19,592 bases of DNA from Oligoflexus sp. (GTDB taxonomy: Bacteria; Bdellovibrionota_B; Oligoflexia; Oligoflexales; Oligoflexaceae), in assembly GCA_041736305.1 (NCBI GenBank), contig JBGSTX010000234.1:1-19592 (forward strand), in the 5' to 3' direction. Of the stretch, positions 1 through 8,523 are shown piece after piece. The position numbers and the translations under genes are program-made. The notes beneath the pieces were generated by a model. That model ran no database searches, had not been told where the DNA came from, and worked only from the letters and a program-made list of their open reading frames with translations. Numbering within the stretch: position 1 is the stretch's first letter; each line of letters begins with the position of its first letter.

Positions 1-31
1 GCGGGTCGCACTGCCCCCAGCGCCCGAAGAT

Positions 32-304
32 CTATTTTACTGCCTCTTTCAACTCTTTGCCCGGACGGAAAACTGGAACCTTACGAGCTGGAATCTGAAT
101 CTCTTCCCCAGTCTGAGGATTACGACCCATACGAGCCTTACGATTCGAAACAGAAAAGGTGCCAAAGCCAACTAGCTTTACGCCGTCTTTCTTCTTGATG
201 TTCTTCGTCACGACTTCAATGAACGAGTCCAAAGACTTCTCTGTGTCGGATTTGGTCAGACCAGTAACCTTGGTCATTGCTTCAACCAACTCGGCCTTAT
301 TCAT
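32..304 (-). CDS. hup: DNA-binding protein HU (90 aa)
   Basis: MNKAELV N-terminus and GFGTF, RxGRNPQTGEEIQIPA and PVFRPGKELK motifs. Start moved from the track's TTG at 316 to ATG at 304, which has a GGAGG RBS (314-310) 5 nt upstream. Confidence 0.97.
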   Translation of the reverse strand: MNKAELVEAMTKVTGLTKSDTEKSLDSFIEVVTKNIKKKDGVKLVGFGTFSVSNRKARMGRNPQTGEEIQIPARKVPVFRPGKELKEAVK

Positions 305-353
305 GGAAACCTCCAATCGATAGATACTAAATTGAACTTGGGTACGCAGCTAA

Positions 354-382
354 AGGTTTACAGGCAATGCGTTTGTTGTCAA
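354..382 (-). promoter_or_regulatory. Candidate sigma70 promoter for hup
   Basis: Perfect TTGACA (382-377), then 16 nt, then TAAACC(T) (360-354), about 50 nt upstream of the HU start. The -10 match is imperfect. Confidence 0.5.
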
Positions 383-440
383 GATTTAGTCTCTTGCTAA
401 ACATTTTTTTTGCCTTTTGAGGACCCAGCCAGTCAAGAAT

Positions 441-470
441 TTGAGGTTTTGTCTATTGCTATTTTACTAT
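441..470 (+). promoter_or_regulatory. Possible sigma70 promoter for the hypothetical-rimI pair
   Basis: TTGAGG (441-446), then 18 nt, then TACTAT (465-470) in an AT-rich intergenic stretch. Confidence 0.3.
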
Positions 471-545
471 TTTCCATAGGACCAAGCACCGACACAGCCT
501 TACGACCACCCAGATCAATCGCCCGATCATATAAAGGTTAAAGAA

Positions 546-1151
546 ATGCAGATGAAACGAATACTTTCCTCCTTCCTACTATACCTTCTGTACACTGCGA
601 ATGCCCTGGCGGAGCCAAGACTCCTGGACCGCCTCATCTTCGAAATCAACAGCAAGTCGTTTTCTCAGAGACAAATCGAAATCTATCACTCACTGCGCAC
701 CTTAGCCGCAGGCGAGGCACCCAGCAAGGCTTTGCTGAACGCCACTAACTGGAAAGAATCGATCGAACGCCTGAAAAACGAAATGCTCGTCTACTCGAAT
801 ATCGAATCGGATACCCAACGCATGGAATCCTTTCAACCCGATAACGCAGCCCTAAAAGCTGCTGAATTGCGCATTCAGAAGGCCCAACTCGAAGACCCAG
901 GAATCCAGGAACTCTTTAAGCGACTCCGCATCAAAGAAGATGAAATTCAAGCAGAACTCGTCGTCATCTACCGGGTAGAAGCCTTCATACACGGTCGGGC
1001 TGTCGTCAGCACCCCAGCCCGCGATAAAGAGAGCAAACTCAGAGAAATCGATACCAAAAGCGAATGGTTCAGAGCCCTGGAAAGACTTACTCCCTACCGC
1101 CTTTACGATGGCGCTAGCGAGTTTGTTGCCCTGCAGGCCCGGAGGAATTAA
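546..1151 (+). CDS. Secreted hypothetical protein, possibly SurA N-terminal-domain-like
   Basis: Sec signal peptide (MKRILSSFLLYLLYTANALA). The mature start EPRLLDRLIFEINSKSFS resembles the 'LxDRIVAxVNxxxIT' start of SurA-N domains. No PPIase motif is visible. The start may be ATG 552. Confidence 0.6.
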   Translation: MQMKRILSSFLLYLLYTANALAEPRLLDRLIFEINSKSFSQRQIEIYHSLRTLAAGEAPSKALLNATNWKESIERLKNEMLVYSNIESDTQRMESFQPDNAALKAAELRIQKAQLEDPGIQELFKRLRIKEDEIQAELVVIYRVEAFIHGRAVVSTPARDKESKLREIDTKSEWFRALERLTPYRLYDGASEFVALQARRN

Positions 1152-1153
1152 CT

Positions 1154-1630
1154 GTGAGCACTAGCTCAACCTTCGTCTACCGAGGCAGCACTGCCGAAGT
1201 CATGGAACTCCAACGCCTGAGCGCAAATTGGTCAGGCAAAGACTTCTGGACAGCCGATGACATTCTGCTGTCTCTCCGCATTCCAAGAACCTTTCTTATA
1301 TATGCTGCAAATCTCGGCCCATGGCAGGGTCTGGCCCTCGGCCGCATGTCCGCCAGCACCGCCGAACTCTTCTATATCCACGTGAGTCCCCCCGCTCGCG
1401 GCCAAGGTCTCGGCCGCCTTCTGCTTCAGTCATTTATTGAGCACGCGTCCACAGAGTTTGCCGCTGACGAAATCTTCCTCGAAGTTCGACCCAGCAATCG
1501 AGACGCCATCGGACTCTACTCTAAACTCGGCTTCGTCGAACAAACTCGGCGCAAACGCTATTACAATGATGGTGAGGACGCACTCGTCTTCACCAAAGAC
1601 CTACGACCGTCTAGCCCAAATCCAAGCTGA
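1154..1630 (+). CDS. rimI: GNAT N-acetyltransferase, RimI family (ribosomal protein S18 alanine acetyltransferase-like)
   Basis: Acetyl-CoA motif RGQGLGRLL and the RimI-typical C-terminus LEVRPSNRDAIGLYSKLGF...RRKRYYNDGEDAL. GTG start 2 nt after the upstream stop. Confidence 0.88.
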   Translation: MSTSSTFVYRGSTAEVMELQRLSANWSGKDFWTADDILLSLRIPRTFLIYAANLGPWQGLALGRMSASTAELFYIHVSPPARGQGLGRLLLQSFIEHASTEFAADEIFLEVRPSNRDAIGLYSKLGFVEQTRRKRYYNDGEDALVFTKDLRPSSPNPS

Positions 1631-1660
1631 GAAAATTTAGGATGAACTTGGAGCAAAACT

Positions 1661-1669
1661 TGGTAAAAT
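1661..1669 (+). promoter_or_regulatory. Candidate extended -10 promoter element for the + strand cluster operon
   Basis: TG-G-TAAAAT about 60 nt upstream of ATG 1729, with no good -35. Confidence 0.4.
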
Positions 1670-1728
1670 GATCGCTTATCTCCATCCTAGCTAAGCTTGA
1701 GCCCTTGAAAGTATAGGATATAGACGCG

Positions 1729-3330
1729 ATGTTGAACTCCGAGAAGACCGCAAATCCCGCGGTGCTCATTGCAGTGCCCGTCTATAATCACGCTCAAAGC
1801 CTAGGGAAAGTACTCCAAGAGCTGAAAAATCTCAGCCTGCCCCTTCTCGTGGTCGACGATGGTAGCCAGGATCAGATCGAACATGTGCTGACACTGCATC
1901 CTGATGTCAAAGTTCTCAGGCATCCAGTCAATCGAGGAAAAGGTGCAGCTCTCACCACCGCCATGCGCTATGCTGCAGCCCAAGGCTTCAGCGCAATCCT
2001 CAGCTTCGACGCCGATGGCCAACATCTGGCTAACGACGTGCCACGACTCTTAGCTGCATATCAAGCCCAGCCCGGAGCCATCATCATCGGTGCCCGCGAC
2101 TTTGTCAGCCAAGCTAGTGGTGATATCCCAGGCTCGTCGCGCTTCGGACGGAGCTTCTCTAACTTTTGGATCTGGGCAGAAAGCGGCGTCTGGCTACCCG
2201 ACACACAAAGCGGTCTCCGCATTTATCCCAGCAAACTCGAAGTTTTGGAAAACATGCGAGGACAGCGCTACGCCTTTGAAATCGAAATCCTCACGCGTAG
2301 TATCTGGCAAGGAATTAAAGTCGTCTCAGTTCCCGTTCAGGTTTATTATCCACCGCGCCTAGAGAGAATTTCTCATTTTCAGCCCTTTGCCGATAATCTA
2401 CGGCTCTCACGCACCCACAGCTTCCTCTGCATCCTGCGCATTCTACAGCTGCTTGGCTGGCAGAATGGAAAGTCGAAAGAACTAGCGGGAGCCAGCTTCT
2501 CAGCTCGGGTCATCAGATTATGTGGCGCTCGATTCGCCTATGGCCTCATGATCTTTCCCGTACTCAGCTCCTTTATCTTCCGCCGCCGAGAACGCAATCA
2601 TTTGCTTCACTATTACGCGCGCATTCGACCCGAATGGAGCGAGAAAAAACGCCTCTTGGGAGCATTCCGGAATTTTTGGTACTTTGCCGCCAGCATCGTC
2701 GATCGCTTGTCGCCAGAAAGCGAAAGCCTCATGCCCGCTGCCGTCGAAGGACACTCTCTAGTCGAAGGCCGCTTCCCACCACCCTCGTCGATTTTGATCG
2801 GCGCGCATTATGGCGACTGGTTTCTCATCGCCAAACATGCCTCATCGCTCCGAGAGCAGATCCTCGGACTCGTCATCGATCCCAGTACTACGCCGGCCTT
2901 CTTCGCTGCCCTCGAAAAAAATATGGGCGATAAGCTCCGCATTCTCTCGATCAAGCAAGATATGCTGAGCTTCGCCTTAACTGTGAAAGACATCCTCGAT
3001 CAAGGTGGACGGGTTTGCTTTCTCGTCGATCGGGTTCCGGATTCAGAAAAAACATCGGGCCTGGACGCCGATTTCTTCGCTGGGAAAGCCCGTATTGTTC
3101 GAGCGCCTTTCGCCATCGCTGCACGCCTCAAAGTTCCGGTACATTTTATCTGCGCCCTGAAAGAAGGCTACTCTTCGCGAGCCCCCTATCGGGTCTTTGC
3201 GGAGGAAATCTGGAATGGCGAAGGAGAGATTTCCGAAGGAACGCTGGCACGTCGGTCGATGCAAGCTCTCGAACGACGTGTGCAGCATGCACCTCAGCAC
3301 TGGTTTAATTTTGTGGCCTTTTGGCAGTAG
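1729..3330 (+). CDS. Glycosyltransferase family 2 fused to an LpxL/HtrB-like acyltransferase domain (ApeJ-like)
   Basis: The N-terminal half has the GT2 motifs IAVPVYN, VVDDGSQD, NRGKGAA, FDADGQH and DTQSGLRIYP. The C-terminal half has GAHYGDW, LVDR and the terminal PQHWFNFVAFW typical of lipid A late acyltransferase/ApeJ proteins. Confidence 0.88.
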   Translation: MLNSEKTANPAVLIAVPVYNHAQSLGKVLQELKNLSLPLLVVDDGSQDQIEHVLTLHPDVKVLRHPVNRGKGAALTTAMRYAAAQGFSAILSFDADGQHLANDVPRLLAAYQAQPGAIIIGARDFVSQASGDIPGSSRFGRSFSNFWIWAESGVWLPDTQSGLRIYPSKLEVLENMRGQRYAFEIEILTRSIWQGIKVVSVPVQVYYPPRLERISHFQPFADNLRLSRTHSFLCILRILQLLGWQNGKSKELAGASFSARVIRLCGARFAYGLMIFPVLSSFIFRRRERNHLLHYYARIRPEWSEKKRLLGAFRNFWYFAASIVDRLSPESESLMPAAVEGHSLVEGRFPPPSSILIGAHYGDWFLIAKHASSLREQILGLVIDPSTTPAFFAALEKNMGDKLRILSIKQDMLSFALTVKDILDQGGRVCFLVDRVPDSEKTSGLDADFFAGKARIVRAPFAIAARLKVPVHFICALKEGYSSRAPYRVFAEEIWNGEGEISEGTLARRSMQALERRVQHAPQHWFNFVAFWQ

Positions 3331-3338
3331 GATCGCTT

Positions 3339-4886
3339 ATGACTCTGATTTTGACTTACAAAAACCAACTGAGTTTGGAAGAACTCTTTGCCTATGCCCA
3401 TGGGACTGAATCAGTTCCCGAGTTGGATGACGCACCAGTCTTCCGAGAACAGATTATGGCGAATCACCACTTTCTTCTCGAAAAAGTCGCCAGCGCCTGG
3501 CCCATCTATGGAACGACGACCGGTTTCGGTGCTTCGTCGGCCAGCCGTATGGAGGCTTTTGAAGTCCCGCAACTCCAGAAAAACCTCTATCGCTATCATG
3601 GATGCGGCGTTGGCCCAGCTTTTTCTCCCGGCGAAGCAGCAGCCATCCTACTCGTCCGCTTGAATTGTCTCACCCAGGGATGCTCCGGAGTCAGCTTTGA
3701 ACTGCTCGAGCGCCTCACCTTCTTTCTGCGTCAGCGCATTCTACCTGTGATACCCTGCCGAGGATCGGTCGGCGCCAGTGGTGATCTCACCCCGCTATCC
3801 TACATAGCTGCCGCGCTTGCTGGTGAACGAGAAGTCTACTGGCGAGGGCAGAAACGTGCTGCCGACGAGGTGCATCGCGAGCTGCAAATCGAGCCCTATG
3901 TTTTCAAAGCCAGGGAAGCCCTCGCTATCATGAACGGAACATCTGTTATGTCGGCGCTGGCAGGACTCGCTTGGCTGCGCGTGCAAAAATTGGTCAGTTG
4001 CATCGAAGTTAGCACCGCAATGATGGTAGAACTGTGGCAAGGACCCGCTTCCCCTTTTCTCCCTCAGCTGCATGCCGTGAAACCACATCCCGGTCAGCAG
4101 AAGGTGGCGGCCAAGATTGCGGCCTTGCTATACGAAGCCCCCCAGCGACTTCTCAAGCGAAGTAGCTCCTCGATGGAAGGGGCTGTGCAAGACCCCTATT
4201 CGATCCGCTGCACACCGCAGCTGCTCGGTTCATTGCAGGATGTCCTCGACATGACGCGATCGTGGATCGAACGTGAAATCAACTCGGTCAACGATAACCC
4301 TGTTTTTCTCCACGAAGAAGATCAGGTTCTAAACGGAGGGCATTTCTTTGGAGGCCATATCGCTGCTGCCGCTGACGCCTTAAAGTCGGCAACGGCTAGT
4401 GCTATCAACCTGCTCGATCGCCAGATGGCGCTGCTCATGGAATCCCGAGGCCGCTTGCCGGAAAACCTGGTGAGCCAGCGTCTTAGCAACTCAGCAGCTC
4501 GACTCCATCACGGCTTCAAAGCGATGCAGATCACTATGAGCGCGATTGCAGCAGAAGCAGCCAAGTCTGCAATGCCGATGGCGGTATTCTCCAGACCGAC
4601 CGAAGCATCGAATCAGGACGTCGTCAGTATGGGGACAATAGCCGCACGCGATCTGCTCTCCATTTCGGACATGGCGATGGATGCCGCCGCAATTCAAAGC
4701 CTAGCGCTTAGACAGTCGTTCTACCTACTCGAAGAAGAGGGTCGCCTGCCGCCTCTTGCGCCGGCTCTGGCGGAGATACTTGGTTCGTGGACTTCGATCT
4801 TTCCCATGCAGCGCGAAGACCGTGCACTCGACACCACTATTAGCGCGATGAAGACAGTCTTGTTTGGAGGTCTGGCGTGGAGCTAA
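3339..4886 (+). CDS. MIO-dependent aromatic amino acid ammonia-lyase (HAL/PAL/TAL family)
   Basis: IYGTTTGFG, GSVGASGDLTPL (MIO-forming ASG at 3774-3782), NGT, QDPYSIRC, DNP, GGHFFG and NQDVVSMG motifs. Start placed at ATG 3339 after AGGA (3329-3332) rather than TTG 3321. Confidence 0.95.
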   Translation: MTLILTYKNQLSLEELFAYAHGTESVPELDDAPVFREQIMANHHFLLEKVASAWPIYGTTTGFGASSASRMEAFEVPQLQKNLYRYHGCGVGPAFSPGEAAAILLVRLNCLTQGCSGVSFELLERLTFFLRQRILPVIPCRGSVGASGDLTPLSYIAAALAGEREVYWRGQKRAADEVHRELQIEPYVFKAREALAIMNGTSVMSALAGLAWLRVQKLVSCIEVSTAMMVELWQGPASPFLPQLHAVKPHPGQQKVAAKIAALLYEAPQRLLKRSSSSMEGAVQDPYSIRCTPQLLGSLQDVLDMTRSWIEREINSVNDNPVFLHEEDQVLNGGHFFGGHIAAAADALKSATASAINLLDRQMALLMESRGRLPENLVSQRLSNSAARLHHGFKAMQITMSAIAAEAAKSAMPMAVFSRPTEASNQDVVSMGTIAARDLLSISDMAMDAAAIQSLALRQSFYLLEEEGRLPPLAPALAEILGSWTSIFPMQREDRALDTTISAMKTVLFGGLAWS

Positions 4887-5290
4887 AGGCTGGCGTGATG
4901 ATAACAGTCCCCTTCCATGATGTCGACATCATGCATATCGCCTGGCATGGCCACTATCTTAAGTACTTTGAACTGGCGAGAACTCGACTCATGCAGGACT
5001 ATGGTCTCGACTGGCCTCGACTTCGCCAGGAAGGAATTTCCATGCCGGTGGTAGAAGTTCATATCCAGTATAGAAAACCACTGAGCTACGGCAGTCAGGT
5101 TTGGGTTGAAGCTTCAGTATCCGAATATGCCTATCCAGAACTTAAAGTTCATTATGCGATTCATGACGGTCCTCAAGGCGATCTCCTGTCTTCCGGTTGG
5201 ACCCGACAGGTCTACTTCAGTCTGGAAAAGCAAGAGTCTCTCTTCGAAGTTCCAGACTTCGTCGAGAAAAGCTTCGAAAGAAGGAATTGA
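4877..5290 (+). CDS. Hotdog acyl-CoA thioesterase, YbgC/4HBT family (ApeK-like)
   Basis: VPFHDVDIMHIAWHGHYLKYFELAR motif. GTG start with GGAGG at 4866-4870, overlapping the upstream stop. Confidence 0.92.
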   Translation: MELKAGVMITVPFHDVDIMHIAWHGHYLKYFELARTRLMQDYGLDWPRLRQEGISMPVVEVHIQYRKPLSYGSQVWVEASVSEYAYPELKVHYAIHDGPQGDLLSSGWTRQVYFSLEKQESLFEVPDFVEKSFERRN

Positions 5291-5294
5291 AGCT

Positions 5295-5870
5295 ATGGGT
5301 CATTGCAGCAGAATTTTCTTCGCAGTGGCTGTCCTGCTTGCTGCTAGCGCCAATGCCGCAGCTCTCAGTCGCGAAGGCCTTGAAAAAAAGTACCGAGGCC
5401 TCAAATTTTTTAGAGCCGAGGCGGTCCAGAGCAAAATTTCAATCTATCTCATTCGGCCGCTTGTTTCCCAAGTCTCTATACAATTCAAGGAGGATCGCCT
5501 CAGTTGGCAGGTCGCCGGCCAGGAAGCACTGGAAATCGCTTTTACGAAAGGACAAAAGCCGCGTTTACTCAAGGCCCCGGCAGGAATCGCCCAGAGCCTC
5601 CCTGCCGCAGCTGAGGCGAAACTCCTAGAGACTCTCAGCGCCGTGCGGGATTTGATGGTGATGGATCCCAAGCTTGACGAAAATTTTCTCGTAAGAGTCC
5701 AAGGTCAGGAGCTGCACTTCGCTCCCAAGCAAGGTCCAAAAGAACGAGAGGTATTTTTCAGGGAGATAGTTTTGACTTTTGCAGACGATCTGAGTCTTGT
5801 GAAAATGCTCATCCGCTCGAGCGAAGATGAAACTACTCTGAGCTTCACCGACTTGAAAATCGAAAAATGA
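5295..5870 (+). CDS. LolA-like periplasmic lipid carrier (ApeL-like)
   Basis: Signal peptide MGHCSRIFFAVAVLLAASANA, then the pattern QSK..YLIRPLVS...LSWQ and a C-terminal DETTLSF. Position between thioesterase and MMPL is canonical. Start moved to ATG 5295 (AAGGA upstream) because the track's 5106 start overlaps the thioesterase by about 185 nt. Confidence 0.72.
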   Translation: MGHCSRIFFAVAVLLAASANAAALSREGLEKKYRGLKFFRAEAVQSKISIYLIRPLVSQVSIQFKEDRLSWQVAGQEALEIAFTKGQKPRLLKAPAGIAQSLPAAAEAKLLETLSAVRDLMVMDPKLDENFLVRVQGQELHFAPKQGPKEREVFFREIVLTFADDLSLVKMLIRSSEDETTLSFTDLKIEK

Positions 5871-7981
5871 TAGGTGAAAAACTGCAATCTTCTTGGATAT
5901 GGCGCTGCTTAATCTTTATAGGTATCAGCCTCATTCTCAATTTTCTCGTCTGGCGTGGCGTGCGCATTGAAGAAGACGTAGTCGCATCTATTGAGAAGAG
6001 TAAGCCCGCCGAGACAGCCCTCTTTCAAACTATTCAAAAAAGTGGATTCTTCAACAATCGCGTCTATCTGAAAATTTTTGATCCCAATGTGAAAGACATC
6101 ATTCGAAATGGATTGGCAGAGTTCGACTATCGCGAGACGGCCTTTGCACCCAATACTCCTCCCGATCCTGCCGACCTCTATCGAATGCTGGCCTTCTTCC
6201 CAGCTGTTCAACGCGATAAAATTCTTTCGTCGGAGCGAGTCGCTGAACTTGTAGCCAGGGTCAAAGCTGCTATGGGCTTGCCGGGTGGACTCAGTCTCCT
6301 CAAGTGGCTCGAACTCGATCCCTTAATGCTGGCTTCCGAACTGAAAAATATCGTGCCTGGAATCGGTGCCAATGGTGAAAGCGACGTCATGATGGTAGAG
6401 CGGAATGGAGCTCTCTCATATGAAAATGTTGCTGCCTTCTACGCCTTCCTCAAGTCTCATGATAAACAGCTAGCCTTTGTTGGGGGGGACTTCTTTGCTC
6501 TTGAAAATCGATCTGTCGTACAGCGGGACATCGCAGTCTGCACCCTGCTCTCCCTTATCTTAGGCGCCCTATTCTTCAGAGCTTGTTGCCGCCAGTGGCG
6601 GGTCTTAGGCCTCCTTTTCCTAGGCACCTTTTTTTCTTCTACCTTAGGTCTCCTCCTGACCCGGTCCCTGGATGGAGTGCTTTATGGACTCGTGCTCGCG
6701 TTTGCCTCGACCTTCCTCTCTTTCAACAACGAAACCCTCGTCCATCTAGCAGGTGCTGAAAAGAACGGCTGGCGGCGTTCCCTCCCGGGCACCGCATCGG
6801 CGATAGGCACTACAATCATCGGCTTTCTAGTGCTCCTCTGCAGCAGCTCACATATGGCGAGGCAAATGGCGATACTTGCGCTGGGTACCCTCCTCAGCTT
6901 CATCCTCTTTCTGCTGTTTTTTCGGCGCGAACTCAGAGAGCTTGAATTCAAGGCTATTCAGCTGCGGCCATTGGCTTGGCGCCCCTGGCCGACTTACGCC
7001 CTCTGTCTACTGAGTCTCGCAGCCATGGTCTACTTACCGAAGCCTGCATTTCGTACAGATCTTGAATCTTTTCGCTATGCGAGCGCGTACCTTGAAGCGC
7101 AGACGGAACGCTTTAATTCAGCTTTGAAAAACTTTAATCTACAAGCTATGGTAGCCGTGCCTATTAAAGATCCCACGCAGATCGAAGAAGAATTTGCAAA
7201 CTGGGAAAAGTCAGGAGCTATCGACTCTTCCATATGGCATCCCCTGCGGCTCTATATTCCTCCCTCTGAACAGGAAAAAATAAGAAAGGAAATCGACCCT
7301 CTTGTGAGAGAGCTGCAAGCAGAGTTACAGATGAAACTGGCCGAAATTGGCGTGCGACTGCCGCTCTCTCAGCAAACTTTCAGCAGCGAGGGTTTTGATG
7401 CTCTGACTTATCTCAAGCTATGGAGTCGATTGAGCCCCTTACCTTGGACGCTGCACACTGGGGACTTCCCGTATCTCCTGGCCTTTGCCAGTCGACCAAT
7501 CCCTGGTGCAGTCCCCTTGCATCCTAAGCCTTTCTATGAGGGGATACTCAACGATCTCGCCCAGGAAATTGCTTATCTCTTTCTTCTAGGGCTCGGCCTC
7601 ATGCTCCTCTACCTGCTGCCCTGGCAGCGCGATTTGCATAAGGTGGCCCTTATCTTTATGCCGCTCCTCATGGCCTGCCTCGTCCTGCAGATCTTTTTTA
7701 TCTTCAGCGGACGGAGCATCAATATTGTCCACATCATGGGAGCTTCCCTAGTTATCGCGGTAGCCCTGGACTATTCATCGATACTGGTGTCGACGCAGCA
7801 CGATCCCGAAGATCAGGGGAAAGTCGTCCTCACAGGTACTCTGACACTCAGCTCCTTCGGAAGCCTCATCTTTGCTACCCATCCGGTGCTGCGCGAGCTG
7901 GGACTCGTGGTGGGAATTGGAACGGGAGTATCGTGGATCTTTGCCCTATTATGTCGGCGAGAAGGAGCGCAAAAAGCTTGA
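5867..7981 (+). CDS. MMPL/RND-family membrane exporter (ApeM-like)
   Basis: 704 aa with two repeats of 1 TM + periplasmic domain + about 5 TM. DPL motif, IAVALDY, and TLSSFGSLIFATHPVLRELG. ATGA overlap with the upstream gene. Confidence 0.88.
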   Translation: MIGEKLQSSWIWRCLIFIGISLILNFLVWRGVRIEEDVVASIEKSKPAETALFQTIQKSGFFNNRVYLKIFDPNVKDIIRNGLAEFDYRETAFAPNTPPDPADLYRMLAFFPAVQRDKILSSERVAELVARVKAAMGLPGGLSLLKWLELDPLMLASELKNIVPGIGANGESDVMMVERNGALSYENVAAFYAFLKSHDKQLAFVGGDFFALENRSVVQRDIAVCTLLSLILGALFFRACCRQWRVLGLLFLGTFFSSTLGLLLTRSLDGVLYGLVLAFASTFLSFNNETLVHLAGAEKNGWRRSLPGTASAIGTTIIGFLVLLCSSSHMARQMAILALGTLLSFILFLLFFRRELRELEFKAIQLRPLAWRPWPTYALCLLSLAAMVYLPKPAFRTDLESFRYASAYLEAQTERFNSALKNFNLQAMVAVPIKDPTQIEEEFANWEKSGAIDSSIWHPLRLYIPPSEQEKIRKEIDPLVRELQAELQMKLAEIGVRLPLSQQTFSSEGFDALTYLKLWSRLSPLPWTLHTGDFPYLLAFASRPIPGAVPLHPKPFYEGILNDLAQEIAYLFLLGLGLMLLYLLPWQRDLHKVALIFMPLLMACLVLQIFFIFSGRSINIVHIMGASLVIAVALDYSSILVSTQHDPEDQGKVVLTGTLTLSSFGSLIFATHPVLRELGLVVGIGTGVSWIFALLCRREGAQKA

Positions 7982-8523
7982 AAATGCTGCGACTTGCCAT
8001 CCTATGCCAAGTGAGTTTGCTAGCCTGTGTACACAGTCCAGAGACCGCAGAACTCAAAGCGGAATGGAAAGGGTTTCCCCCTAGTTTTTCCGCCGATCAA
8101 GACCTGCTCGTCGTCCGGCCGGGGGAAGAGCAAAGGCTCAAAGCACAAATAGAGAAAAGCGATGATAGGATCATACTCGTTCTTATCGAAGCGCTTTTTG
8201 GGATTGTTTTGGCGAAAGCTGAGCTCGTCAAAGGTTCGCCTCCACGTCTGCTTTATCTTGCGCCGCAAGTGGCTAAACAGAAACTGCCTTTTGAAGCTAT
8301 CGGGGAATCGATTCAAAAAGTATTTAGCGGCTCTTCATTTCGGAGGGGAGATGAGGGAAAATATCAGCTTGACGAAGGTATCTATCGCTACACGTTCGAT
8401 CAATTCGCTGGACCTGCCGCCTGTCGCTATCCAAGAGTTATCAGCCTCCGCTTTGCGGACGAGCGCTACCGAGTCAGGGTTGAGACGCTGAGCTTTTCTT
8501 GTAAGCCTCCGAGGGGATCATGA
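7978..8523 (+). CDS. Lipoprotein, DUF3261-like (ApeN-like)
   Basis: Lipobox LLAC after a short hydrophobic leader (MKMLRLAILCQVSLLAC). Likely start is TTG 7978 (TTGA overlap, AAGGAG at 7962-7967) or ATG 7984. It follows the MMPL gene as in ape clusters. The family call rests largely on context. Confidence 0.65.
   Translation: MKMLRLAILCQVSLLACVHSPETAELKAEWKGFPPSFSADQDLLVVRPGEEQRLKAQIEKSDDRIILVLIEALFGIVLAKAELVKGSPPRLLYLAPQVAKQKLPFEAIGESIQKVFSGSSFRRGDEGKYQLDEGIYRYTFDQFAGPAACRYPRVISLRFADERYRVRVETLSFSCKPPRGS

Noticed and set aside
1-30. Terminator downstream of hup
   Set aside because: Only an imperfect GC-rich stem is visible, and any U-tract would lie outside the window.
333-1651. RpoE-type promoters at GAACTT (334-339 and 1644-1649)
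   Set aside because: No matching TCnnA-type -10 element at the expected spacing.
3339-4886. hutH histidine utilisation gene
   Set aside because: It has NQD rather than QED, Y-H rather than S-H, no neighbouring hut genes, and is embedded in a biosynthetic operon.
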